Positions 1 to 13,100 of a stretch of 64,000 nucleotides of DNA are shown here, in pieces. Made by a program: the position numbers and the translations under genes. How positions within the stretch are numbered: position 1 is the first letter of the stretch; every line of letters begins with the position of its first letter. The DNA lies in NCBI RefSeq assembly GCF_009914755.1, contig NC_060938.1; one strand, given 5' to 3'. This DNA is from the human T2T-CHM13v2.0 reference genome, Homo sapiens. A model generated the notes under the pieces. That model saw nothing but the letters and a program-made list of their open reading frames with translations. It did no database searches and had not been told where the DNA came from.

Positions 1-149
1 AAACCGTCCGAAACATCCAGTTCCATATACTACAAAAAGAGCGTTTCAAACCTGCTCTAGGAAAGGCAATGTTCAACTCTGTGACTTGAATGCAGACATC
101 ACAGAGCAGTTTCTGAGAATGCTTCTGTCTAGATTTTATAGGAAGATAT

Positions 150-166
150 TCCCGTTTCCAACGAAA
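150..166 (-). promoter_or_regulatory. CENP-B box 1 of HOR (repeated in each HOR)
   Basis: + strand TCCCGTTTCCAACGAAA is the reverse complement of TTTCGTTGGAAACGGGA and matches the core NTTCGNNNNANNCGGGN. Confidence 0.95.
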
Positions 167-491
167 TCTTCACAGCTATCCAAATATCCACTTGCAGATT
201 CTACAAAAAGAGTGTATCAAAACTGCTCTGTCAAAAGGAAGGTTCTTCTCTGTTAGGTGAGTGCATACGTCATAAAGGAGTTTCTGAGAATGTTTCTGTC
301 TAGTGGTTATGGGAAGATATTTGCTTTTTCACCGTAGGCCACAGAGCACTCCAAATATCCACTTGCACATACTACAAAAAGAGTGCCTCAAAGCTGCTCT
401 CTGAAAGGGAATGTTCAACTCTATGAGTTGAATGCAAACATCGCAAAGACGTTTCTGAGAATGCTTCTGTCTAGATTTGATATGAAGATAT

Positions 492-508
492 TCCCGTTTC
501 CAACGAAA
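492..508 (-). promoter_or_regulatory. CENP-B box 2 of HOR
   Basis: TCCCGTTTCCAACGAAA with intact core. Confidence 0.95.
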
Positions 509-829
509 TCTTCAAATCTATCCAAATGTCCACTTGCAGATTCAACAAAAAGTGTTTTTCAGAACTGCTCTATCAAAAGAAAGATCCACCTCTGTTAGCT
601 GAGTTCACACATCACAAACAAGTTTATGAGAATGCTTCTGTCTAGTTTCTATTTGAAGATATTTCCTTTCTCACCATAGACCTGAAAGCTGTCCTAATGT
701 TCACTTCCAGATACTACAGAAAGAGTGTTTCAAAACTGCTGTACGAAAGGGAATGTTCAACTCTGTGACTTGAATGCACACATCACAAAGAAGTTTCTGA
801 GGATGCTGCTGTCTACTTTTTATACTTAA

Positions 830-846
830 TCCCGTTTCCAACGAAA
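830..846 (-). promoter_or_regulatory. CENP-B box 3 of HOR (closes the short 338-bp dimer)
   Basis: TCCCGTTTCCAACGAAA preceded by a shortened flank, usually TATACGTAA. Confidence 0.95.
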
Positions 847-1000
847 TCCTCCAAGCTATCCAAATATCCACTTGCAGATTTCACAGAAAGACTGTTTCAA
901 AACTGCTCTGTCAATAGAAAGGTTCAACTCTGTTAGCTGCGTGCATATATCCCAAAGAAGATTCTGAGATTGCTTCTGTCTAGTTTTTATGGGAAGATAT

Positions 1001-1017
1001 TTCCCTTTTCACCGTAG
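1001..1017. promoter_or_regulatory. pJ-alpha (A-box)-like site of A-type monomer (representative)
   Basis: TTCCCTTTTCACCGTAG lies at the position homologous to the CENP-B box, 171 bp from its neighbours, and resembles the pJ-alpha consensus TTCCTTTTYCACCRTAG. Confidence 0.7.
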
Positions 1018-1171
1018 GTGTCAAAGCGCTCCAAATGTCCACTTCCAGATACTACAAAAAGAGTGTTTCAAACCTACTCTGTGAAAGGGAATATTCAACT
1101 CTGTGACTTGAATGCACATATCACAAAGAAGTTTCTGAGAATGCTTCTGTCGAGATTTTATATGAAGATAT

Positions 1172-1188
1172 TCCCGTTTCCAACGAAA
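1172..1188 (-). promoter_or_regulatory. CENP-B box 4 of HOR
   Basis: TCCCGTTTCCAACGAAA downstream of the TaqI site at 1150-1153. Confidence 0.95.
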
Positions 1189-4100
1189 TCCTGAAATGTA
1201 TCCAAATATCCCCTCGCAGATTCTACAAAAAGAGTGTTTCAAAACTGCTCTGTAAAAAGAAAGGTTCAACTCTGTTAGTTGAGTACACACATCACAAACA
1301 AGTTTCACAGAATGCTTCTTTCTAGCTTTTAGGGGAAGATATTCCCTTTATCACCATGGGCCTCAAACCGTCCGAAACGTCCACTTCCATATACTACAAA
1401 AAGAGCGTTTCAAACCTGCTCTAGGAAAGGCAATGTTCAACTCTGTGACTTGAATGCAGACATCACAGAGCAGTTTCTGAGAATGCTTCTGTCTAGATTT
1501 TATAGGAAGATATTCCCGTTTCCAAAGAAATCTTCACAGCTATCCAAATATCCACTTGCAGATTCTACAAAAAGAGTGTATCAAAACTGCTCTGTCAAAA
1601 GGAAGGTTCTTCTCTGTTAGGTGAGTGCATACGTCATAAAGGAGTTTCTGAGAATGTTTCTGTCTAGTGGTTATGGGAAGATATTTGCTTTTTCACCGTA
1701 GGCCTCAGAGCGCTCCAAATATCCACTTGCACATACTACAAAAAGAGTGCCTCAAAGCTGCTCTCTGAAACCGAATGTTCAACTCTATGAGTTGAATGCA
1801 AACATCACAAAGACGTTTCTGAGAATGCTTCTGTCTAGATTTGATATGAAGATATTCCCGTTTCCAACGAAATCTTCAAATCTATCCAAATGTCCACTTG
1901 CAGATTCAACAAAAAGTGTTTTTCAGAACTGCTCTATCAAAAGAAAGATCCACCTCTGTTAGCTGAGTTCACACATCACAAACAAGTTTATGAGAATGCT
2001 TCTGTCTAGTTTTTATTTGAAGATATTTTGTTTCTCACCATAGAGCTGAAAGCTGTCCTAATGTTCACTTCCAGATACTACAGAAAGAGTGTTTCAAAAC
2101 TGCTGTACGAAAGGGAATGTTCAACTCTGTGACTTGAATGCACACATCACAAAGAATTTTCTGAGGATGCTGCTGTCTACTTTTTATACGTAATCCCGTT
2201 TCCAACGAAATCCTCCAAGCTATCCAAATATCCACTTGCAGATTCCACAGAAAGACTGTTTCAAAACTGCTCTGTCAATAGAAAGGTTCAACTCTGTTAG
2301 CTGCGTGCATATATCCCAAAGAAGATTCTGAGATTGCTTCTGTCTAGTTTTTATGGGAAGATATTTCCCTTTTCACCGTAGGCGTCAAGGCGCTCCAAAT
2401 GTCCACTTCCAGATACTACAAAAAGAGTGTTTCAAACCTACTCTGTGAAAGGGAATATTCAACTCTGTGACTTGAATGCACATATCACAAAGAAGTTTCT
2501 GAGAATGCTTTTGTCGAGATTTTCTATGAAGATATTCCCGTTTCCAACGAAATCCTGAAATGTATCCAAATATCCCCTCGCAGATTCTACAAAAAGAGTG
2601 TTTCAAAACTGCTCTGTAAAAAGAAAGGTTCAACTCTGTTAGTTGAGTACAAACATCACAAACAAGTTTCACAGAATGCTTCTTTCTAGCTTGTAGGGGA
2701 ATATATTCCCTTTATCACCATGGGTCTCAAACCGTCCGAAACGTCCACTTCCATATACTACAAAAAGAGCGTTTCAAACCTGCTCTATGAAAGGCAATGT
2801 TCAACTCTGTGACTTGAATGTAGACATCACAGAGCTGTTTCTGAGAATGCTTCTGTCTAGATTTTATAGGAAGATATTCCCGTTTCCAACGAAATCTTCA
2901 CAGCTATCCAAATATCCACTTGCAGATTCTACAAAAAGAGTGTATCAAAACTGCTCTGTCAAAAGGAAGGTTCTTCTCTGTTAGGTGAGTGCATACGTCA
3001 TAAAGGAGTTTCTGAGAATGTTTCTGTCTAGTGGTTATGGGAAGATATTTGCTTTTTCCCCGTAGGCCTCAGGGCGCTCCAAATGTCCACTTGCACATGC
3101 TACAAAAAGAGTGCTTCAAAGCTACTCTCTGGAAGGGAATGTTCAACTCTATGAGTTGAATGCAAACATCACAAAGACGTTTCTGACAATGCTTCTGTCT
3201 AGATTTGATATGAAGATATTCCCGTTTCCAACGAAATCTTCAAATCTATCCAAATATCCACTTGCATATTCAACAAAAAGTGTTTTTCAGAACTGCTCTA
3301 TCAAAAGAAAGATCCACCTCTGTTAGCTGAGTTCACACATCACAAAAAGGTTTATGAGAATGCTTCTGTCTAGTTTTTATTTGAAGATATTTCCTTTCTC
3401 ACCATAGACCTGAAAGCTGTCCTAATGTTCACTTCCAGATACTACAGAAAGAGTGTTTCAAAACTGCTGTACGAAAGGGAATGTTCAACTCTGTGACTTG
3501 AATGCACACATCACAAAGAATTTTCTGAGGATACTGCTGTCTACTTTTTATACGTAATCCCGTTTCCAACGAAATCCTCCAAGCTATCCAAATATCCACT
3601 TGCAGATTCCACAGAAAGACTGTTTCAAAACTGCTCTGTCAATAGAAAGGTTCAACTCTGTTAGCTGCGTGCATATATCCCAAAGAAGATTCTGAGATTG
3701 CTTCTGTCTAGTTTTTATGGGAAGATATTTCCCTTTTCACCGTAGGCGTCAAGGCGCTCCAAATGTCCACTTCCAGATACTACAAAAAGAGTGTTTCAAA
3801 CCTACTCTGTGAAAGGGAATATTCAACTCTGTGACTGGAATGCACATATCACAAAGAAGTTTCTGAGAATGCTTCTGTCGAGATTTTATATGAAGATATT
3901 CCCGTTTCCAACGAAATCCTGAAATCTATCCAAATATCCCCTCGCAGATTCTACAAAAAGAGAGTTTCAAAACTGCTCTGTAAAAAGAAAGGTTCAACTC
4001 TGTTAGTTGAGTACACACATCACAAACAAGTTTCACAGAATGCTTCTTTCTAGCTTGTAGGGGAAGATATTCCCTTTATCACCATGGGCCTCAAACCGTC

Positions 4101-7100
4101 TGAAACGTCCACTTCCATATACTACAAAAAGAGCGTTTCAAACCTGCTCTATGAAAGGCAATGTTCAACTCTGTGACTTGAATGCAGACATCACAGAGCA
4201 GTTTCTGAGAATGCTTCTGTCTAGATTTTATAGGAAGATATTCCCGTTTCCAACGAAATCTTCACAGCTATCCAAATATCCACTTGCAGATTCTACAAAA
4301 AGAGTGTATCAAAACTGCTCTGTCAAAAGGAAGGTTCTTCTCTGTTAGGTGAGTGCATACGTCATAAAGGAGTTTCTGACAATGTTTCTGTCTAGTGGTT
4401 ATGGGAAGATATTTGCTTTTTCACCGTAGGCCTCAGAGCGCTCCAAATATCCACTTGCACATACTACAAAAAGAGTGCCTCAAAGCTGCTCTCTGAAACG
4501 GAATGTTCAACTCTATGAGTTGAATGCAAACATCACAAAGACGTTTCTGAGAATGCTTCTGTCTAGATTTGATATGAAGATATTCCCGTTTCTAACGAAA
4601 TCTTCAAATCTATCCAAATGTCCACTTGCAGATTCAACAAAAAGTGTTTTTCAGAACTGCTCTATCAAAAGAAAGATCCACCTCGGTTAGCTGAGTTCAC
4701 ACATCACAAACAGGTTTATGAGAATGCTTCTGTCTAATTTTTATTTGAAGATATTTCCTTTCTCACCATAGACCTGAAAGCTGTCCTAATGTTCACTTCC
4801 AGATACTACAGAAAGAGTGTTTCAAAACTGCTGTACGAAAGGGAATGTTCAACTCTGTGACTTGAATGCACACATCACAAAGAAGTTTCTGAGGATGCTG
4901 CTGTCTACTTTTTATACGTAATCCCGTTTCCAACGAAATCCTCCAAGCTATCCAAATATCCACTTGCAGATTCCACAGAAAGACTGTTTCAAAACTGCTC
5001 TGTCAATAGAAAGGTTCAACTCTGTTAGCTGCGTGCATATATCCCAAAGAAGATTCTGAGATTGCTTCTGTCTAGTTTTTATGGGAAGATATTTCCCTTT
5101 TCACCGTAGGCGTCAAGGCGCTCCAAATGTCCACTTCCAGATACTACAAAAAGAGTGTTTCAAACCTACTCTGTGAAAGGGAATATTCAACTCTGTGACT
5201 TGAATGCACATATCACAAAGAAGTTTCTGAGAATGCTTCTGTCGAGATTTTATATGAAGATATTCCCGTTTCCAACGAAATCCTGAAATGTATCCAAATA
5301 TCCCCTCACAGATTCTACAAAAAGAGTGTTTCAAAACTGCTCTGTAAAAAGAAAGGTTCAACTCTGTTAGTTGAGTGCACACATCACAAACAAGTTTCAC
5401 AGAATGCTTCTTTCTAGCTTGTAGGGGAAGATATTCCCTTTATCACCATGGGCCTCAAACCGTCCGAAACGTCCACTTCCATATACTACAAAAAGAGCGT
5501 TTCAAACCTGCTCTATGAAAGGCAATGTTCAACTCTGTGACTTGAATGCAGACATCACAGAGCAGTTTCTGAGAATGCTTCTGTCTAGATTTTATACGAA
5601 TATATTCCCGTTTCCAACGAAATCTTCACAGCTATCCAAATATCCACTTGCAGATTCTACAAAAAGAGTGTATCAAAACTGCTCTGTCAAAAGGAAGGTT
5701 CTTTTCTGTTAGGTGAGTGCATACGTCATAAAGGAGTTTCTGAGAATGTTTCTGTCTAGTGGTTATGGAAAGATATTTGCTTTTTCACCGTAGGCCTCAG
5801 AGCGCTCCAAATATCCACTTGCACATACTACAAAAAGAGTGCCTCAAAGCTGCTTTCTGAAACGGAATGTTCAACTCTATGAGTTGAATGCAAACAACGC
5901 AAAGACGTTTCTGAGAATGCTTCTGTCTAGATTTGATATGAAGATATTCCCGTTTCCAACGAAATCTTCAAATCTATCCAAATGTCCACTTGCAGATTCA
6001 ACAAAAAGTGTTTTTCAGAACTGCTCTATCAAAAGAAAGATCCACCTCTGTTAGCTGAGTTCACACATCACAAACAAGTTTATGAGAATGCTTCTGTCTA
6101 GTTTTTATTTGAAGATATTTCGTTTCTCACCATAGAGCTGAAAGCTGTCCTAATGTTCACTTCCAGATACTACAGAAAGAGTGTTTCAAAACTGCTGTAC
6201 GAAAGGGAATGTTCAACTCTGTGACTTGAATGCACACATCACAAAGAAGTTTCTGAGGATGCTGCTGTCTACTTTTTATACGTAATCCCGTTTCCAACGA
6301 AATCCTCCAAGCTATCCAAATATCCACTTGCAGATTCCACAGAAAGACTGTTTCAAAACTGCTCTGTCAATAGAAAGGTTCAACTCTGTTAGCTGCGTGC
6401 ATATATCCCAAAGAAGATTCTGAGATTGCTTCTGTCTAGTTTTTATGGGAAGATATTTCCCTTTTCACCGTAGGCGTCAAGGCGCTCCAAATGTCCACTT
6501 CCAGATACTACAAAAAGAGTGTTTCAAACCTACTCTGTGAAAGGGAATATTCAACTCTGTGACTTGAATGCACATATCACAAAGAAGTTTCTGAGAATGC
6601 TTTTGTCGAGATTTTCTATGAAGATATTCCCGTTTCCAACGAAATCCTGAAATGTATCCAAATATCCCCTCGCAGATTCTACAAAAAGAGTGTTTCAAAA
6701 CTGCTCTGTAAAAAGAAAGGTTCAACTCTGTTAGTTGAGTACAAACATCACAAACAAGTTTCACAGAATGCTTCTTTCTAGCTTGTAGGGGAATATATTC
6801 CCTTTATCACCATGGGTCTCAAACCGTCCGAAACGTCCACTTCCATATACTACAAAAAGAGCGTTTCAAACCTGCTCTATGAAAGGCAATGTTCAACTCT
6901 GTGACTTGAATGTAGACATCACAGAGCTGTTTCTGAGAATGCTTCTGTCTAGATTTTATAGGAAGATATTCCCGTTTCCAACGAAATCTTCACAGCTATC
7001 CAAATATCCACTTGCAGATTCTACAAAAAGAGTGTATCAAAACTGCTCTGTCAAAAGGAAGGTTCTTCTCTGTTAGGTGAGTGCATACGTCATAAAGGAG

Positions 7101-10100
7101 TTTCTGAGAATGTTTCTGTCTAGTGGTTATGGGAAGATATTTGCTTTTTCCCCGTAGGCCTCAGGGCGCTCCAAATGTCCACTTGCACATGCTACAAAAA
7201 GAGTGCTTCAAAGCTACTCTCTGGAAGGGAATGTTCAACTCTATGAGTTGAATGCAAACATCACAAAGACGTTTCTGAGAATGCTTCTGTCTAGATTTGA
7301 TATGAAGATATTCCCGTTTCCAACGAAATCTTCAAATCTATCCAAATATCCACTTGCATATTCAACAAAAAGTGTTTTTCAGAACTGCTCTATCAAAAGA
7401 AAGATCCACCTCTGTTAGCTGAGTTCACACATCACAAAAAGGTTTGTGAGAATGCTTCTGTCTAGTTTTTATTTGAAGATATTTCCTTTCTCACCATAGA
7501 CCTGAAAGCTGTCCTAATGTTCACTTCCAGATACTACAGAAAGAGTGTTTCAAAACTGCTGTACGAAAGGGAATGTTCAACTCTGTGACTTGAATGCACA
7601 CATCACAAAGAAGTTTCTGAGGATACTGCTGTCTACTTTTTATAAGTAATCCCGTTTCCAACGAAATCCTCCAAGCTATCCAAATATCCACTTGCAGATT
7701 CCACAGAAAGACTGTTTCAAAACTGCTCTGTCAATAGAAAGGTTCAACTCTGTTAGCTGCGTGCATATATCCCAAAGAAGATTCTGAGATTGCTTCTGTC
7801 TAGTTTTTATGGGAAGATATTTCCCTTTTCACCGTAGGCGTCAAGGCGCTCCAAATGTCCACTTCCAGATACTACAAAAAGAGTGTTTCAAACCTACTCT
7901 GTGAAAGGGAATATTCAACTCTGTGACTGGAATGCACATATCACAAAGAAGTTTCTGAGAATGCTTCTGTCGAGATTTTATATGAAGATATTCCCGTTTC
8001 CATCGAAATCCTGAAATCTATCCAAATATCCCCTCGCAGATTCTACAAAAAGAGAGTTTCAAAACTGCTCTGTAAAAAGAAAGGTTCAACTCTGTTAGTT
8101 GAGTACACACATCACAAACAAGTTTCACAGAATGCTTCTTTCTAGCTTGTAGGGGAAGATATTCCCTTTATCACCATGGGCCTCAAACCGTCTGAAACGT
8201 CCACTTCCATATACTACAAAAAGAGCGTTTCAAACCTGCTCTATGAAAGGCAATGTTCAACTCTGTGACTTGAATGCAGACATCACAGAGCAGTTTCTGA
8301 GAATGCTTCTGTCTAGATTTTATAGGAAGATATTCCCGTTTCCAACGAAATCTTCACAGCTATCCAAATATCCACTTGCAGATTCTACAAAAAGAGTGTA
8401 TCAAAACTGCTCTGTCAAAAGGAAGGTTCTTCTCTGTTAGGTGAGTGCATACGTCATAAAGGAGTTTCTGAGAATGTTTCTGTCTAGTGGTTATGGGAAG
8501 ATATTTGCTTTTTCACCGTAGGCCTCAGAGCGCTCCAAATATCCACTTGCACATACTACAAAAAGAGTGCTTCAAAGCTGCTCTCTGAAACGGAATGTTC
8601 AACTCTATGAGTTGAATGCAAACATCACAAAGACGTTTCTGAGAATGCTTCTGTCTAGATTTGATATGAAGATATTCCCGTTTCCAACGAAATCTTCAAA
8701 TCTATCCAAATGTCCACTTGCAGATTCAACAAAAAGTGTTTTTCAGAACTGCTCTATCAAAAGAAAGATCCACCTCTGTTAGCTGAGTTCACACATCACA
8801 AACAAGTTTATGAGAATGCTTCTGTCTAGTTTTTATTTGAAGATATTTCCTTTCTCACCATAGAGCTGAAAGCTGTCCTAATGTTCACTTCCAGATACTA
8901 CAGAAAGAGTGTTTCAAAACTGCTGTACGAAAGGGAATGTTCAACTCTGTGACTTGAATGCACACATCACAAAGAAGTTTCTGAGGATGCTGCTGTCTAC
9001 TTTTTATACGTAATCCCGTTTCCAACGAAATCCTCCAAGCTATCCAAATATCCACTTGCAGATTCCACAGAAAGACTGTTTCTAAACTGCTCTGTCAATA
9101 GAAAGGTTCAACTCTGTTAGCTGCGTGCATATATCCCAAAGAAGATTCTGAGATTGCTTCTGTCTAGTTTTTATGGGAAGATATTTCCCTTTTCACCTTA
9201 GGTGTCAAGGCGCTCCAAATGTCCACTTCCAGATACTACAAAAAGAGTGTTTCAAACATACTCTGTGAAAGGGAATATTCAACTCTGTGACTTGAATGCA
9301 CATATCACAAAGAAGTTTCTGAGAATGCTTCTGTCGAGATTTTATATGAAGATATTCCCGTTTCCAACGAAATCCTGAAATGTATCCAAATATCCCCTCG
9401 CAGATTCTACAAAAAGAGTGTTTCAAAACTGCTCTGTAAAAAGAAAGGTTCAACTCTGTTAGTTGAGTACAAACATCACAAACAAGTTTCACAGAATGCT
9501 TCTTTCTAGCTTGTAGGGGAATATATTCCCTTTATCACCATGGGTCTCAAACCGTCCGAAACGTCCACTTCCATATACTACAAAAAGAGCGTTTCAAACC
9601 TGCTCTATGAAAGGCAATGTTCAACTCTGTGACTTGAATGCAGACATCACAGAGCTGTTTCTGAGAATGCTTCTGTCTAGATTTTATAGGAAGATATTCC
9701 CGTTTCCAACGAAATCTTCACAGCTATCCAAATATCCACTTGCAGATTCTACAAAAAGAGTGTATCAAAACTGCTCTGTCAAAAGGAAGGTTCTTCTCTC
9801 TTAGGTGAGTGCATACGTCATAAAGGAGTTTCTGAGAATGTTTCTGTCTAGTGGTTATGGGAAGATATTTGCTTTTTCCCCGTAGGCCTCAGGGCGCTCC
9901 AAATGTCCACTTGCACATGCTACAAAAAGAGTGCTTCAAAGCTACTCTCTGGAAGGGAATGTTCAACTCTATGAGTTGAATGCAAACATCACAAAGACGT
10001 TTCTGAGAATGCTTCTGTCTAGATTTGATATGAAGATATTCCCGTTTCCAACGAAATCTTCAAATCTATCCAAATATCCACTTGCAGATTCAACAAAAAG

Positions 10101-13100
10101 TGTTTTTCAGAACTGCTCTATCAAAAGAAAGATCCACCTCTGTTAGCTGAGTTCACACATCACAAACAAGTTTATGAGAATGCTTCTGTCTAGTTTTTAT
10201 TTGAAGATATTTCCTTTCTCACCATAGTCCTGAAAGCTGTCCTAATGTTCACTTCCAGATACTACAGAAAGAGTGTTTCAAAACTGCTGTACGAAAGGGA
10301 ATGTTCAACTCTGTGACTTGAATGCACACATCACAAAGAAGTTTCTGAGGATGCTGCTGTCTACTTATTATACGTAATCCCGTTTCCAACGAAATCCTCC
10401 AAGCTATCCAAATATCCACTTGCAGATTCCACAGAAAGACTCTTTCAAAACTGTTCTGTCAATAGAAAGGTTCAACTCTGTTAGCTGCGTGCATATATCC
10501 CAAAGAAGATTCTGAGATTGCTTCTGTCTAGTTTTTATGGGAAGATATTTCCCTTTTCACCGTAGGCGTCAAGGCGCTCCAAATGTCCACTTCCAGATAC
10601 TACAAAAAGAGTGTTTCAAACCTACTCTGTGAAAGGGAATATTCAACTCTGTGACTTGAATGCACATATCACAAAGAAGTTTCTGAGAATGCTTCTGTCG
10701 AGATTTTATATGAAGATATTCCCGTTTCCAACGAAATCCTGAAATCTATCCAAATATCCCCTCGCAGATTCTACAGAAAGAGTGTTTCAAAACTGCTCTG
10801 TAAAAAGAAAGGTTCAACTCTGTTACTTGAGTACACACATCACAAACAAGTTTCACAGAATGCTTCTTTCTAGCTTGTAGGGGAAGATATTCCCTTTATC
10901 ACCATGGGCCTCAAACCGTCCGAAACGTCCACTTCCATATACTACAAAAAGAGCGTTTCAAACCTGCTCTAGGAAAGGCAGTGTTCAACTCTGTGACTTG
11001 AATGCAGACATCACAGAGCAGTTTCTGAGAATGCTTCTGTCTAGATTTTATAGGAAGATATTCCCGTTTCCAACGAAATCTTCACAGCTATCCAAATATC
11101 CACTTGCAGATTCTACAAAAGGAGTGTATCAAAACTGCTCTGTCAAAAGGAAGGTTCTTCTCTGTTAGGTGAGTGCATACGTCATAAAGCAGTTTCTGAG
11201 AATGTTTCTGTCTAGTGGTTATGGGAAGATATTTGCTTTTTCACCGCAGGCCTCAGAGCGGTCCAAATATCCACTTGCACATACTACAAAAAGAGTGCCT
11301 CAAAGCTGCTCTCTGAAACGGAATGTTCAACTCTATGAGTTGAATGCAAACATCACAAAGACGTTTCTGAGAATGCTTCTGTCTAGATTTGATATGAAGA
11401 TATTCCCGTTTCCAACGAAATCTTCAAATCTATCCAAATGTCCACTTGCAGATTCAACAAAAAGTGTTTTTCAGAACTGCTCTATCAAAAGAAAGATCCA
11501 CCTCTGTTAGCTGAGTTCACACATCACAAAAAAGTTTATGAGAATGCTTCTGTCTAGTTTTTATTTGAAGATATTTCCTTTCTCACCGTAGTGCTGAAAG
11601 CTGTCCTAATGTTCACTTCCAGATACTACAGAAAGAGTGTTTCAAAACTGCTGTACGAAAGGGAATGTTCAACTCTGTGACTTGAATGCACACATCACAA
11701 AGAAGTTTCTGAGGATGCTGCTGTCTACTTTTTATACGTAATCCCGTTTCCAACGAAATCCTCCAAGCTATCCAAATATCCACTTGCAGATTCCACAGAA
11801 AGACTGTTTCAAAACTGCTCTGTCAATAGAAAGGTTCAACTCTGTTAGCTGCGTGCATATATCCCAAAGAAGATTCTGAGATTGCTTCTGTCTAGTTTTT
11901 ATGGGAAGATATTTCCCTTTTCACCGTAGGTGTCAAGGCGCTCCAAATGTCCACTTCCAGATACTACAAAAAGAGTGTTTCAAACCTACTCTGTGAAAGG
12001 GAATATTCAACTCTGTGACTTGAATGCACATATCACAAAGAAGTTTCTGAGAATGCTTCTGTCGAGATTTTATATGAAGATATTCCCGTTTCCAACGAAA
12101 TCCTGAAATGTATCCAAATATCCCCTCGCAGATTCTACAAAAAGAGTGTTTCAAAACTGCTCTGTAAAAAGAAAGGTTCAACTCTGTTAGTTGAGTACAA
12201 ACATCACAAACAAGTTTCACAGAATGCTTCTTTCTAGCTTGTAGGGGAATATATTCCCTTTATCACCATGGGTCTCAAACCGTCCGAAACGTCCACTTCC
12301 ATATACTGCAAAAAGAGCGTTTCAAACCTGCTCTATGAAAGGCAATGTTCAACTCTGTGACTTGAATGCAGACATCACAGAGCTGTTTCTGAGAATGCTT
12401 CTGTCTAGATTTTATAGGAAGATATTCCCGTTTCCAACGAAATCTTCACAGCTATCCAAATATCCACTTGCAGATTCTACAAAAAGAGTGTATCAAAACT
12501 GCTCTGTCAAAAGGAAGGTTCTTCTCTGTTAGGTGAGTGCATACGTCATAAAGGAGTTTCTGAGAATGTTTCTGTCTAGTGGTTATGGGAAGATATTTGC
12601 TTTTTCCCCGTAGGCCTCAGGGCGCTCCAAATGTCCACTTGCACATGCTACAAAAAGAGTGCTTCAAAGCTACTCTCTGGAAGGGAATGTTCAACTCTAT
12701 GAGTTGAATGCAAACATCACAAAGACGTTTCTGAGAATGCTTCTGTCTAGATTTGATATGAAGATATTCCCGTTTCCAACGAAATCTTCAAATCTATCCA
12801 AATGTCCACTTGCAGATTCAACAAAAAGTGTTTTTCAGAACTGCTCTATCAAAAGAAAGATCCACCTCTGTTAGCTGAGTTCACACATCACAAACAAGTT
12901 TATGAGAATGCTTCTGTCTAGTTTTTATTTGAAGATATTTCCTTTCTCACCATAGACCTGAAAGCTGTCCTAATGTTCACTTCCAGATACTACAGAAAGA
13001 GTGTTTCAAAACTGCTGTACGAAAGGGAATGTTCAACTCTGTGACTTGAATGCACACATCACAAAGAAGTTTCTGAGGATGCTGCTGTCTACTTTTTATA

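Larger units (their letters stand above)
150..1513 (-). repeat. Representative single HOR unit (8 monomers = 4 dimers of 342, 338, 342 and 342 bp)
   Basis: CENP-B boxes start at 150, 492, 830 and 1172, and the next equivalent box starts at 1514. The spacings sum to 1364. Confidence 0.95.
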
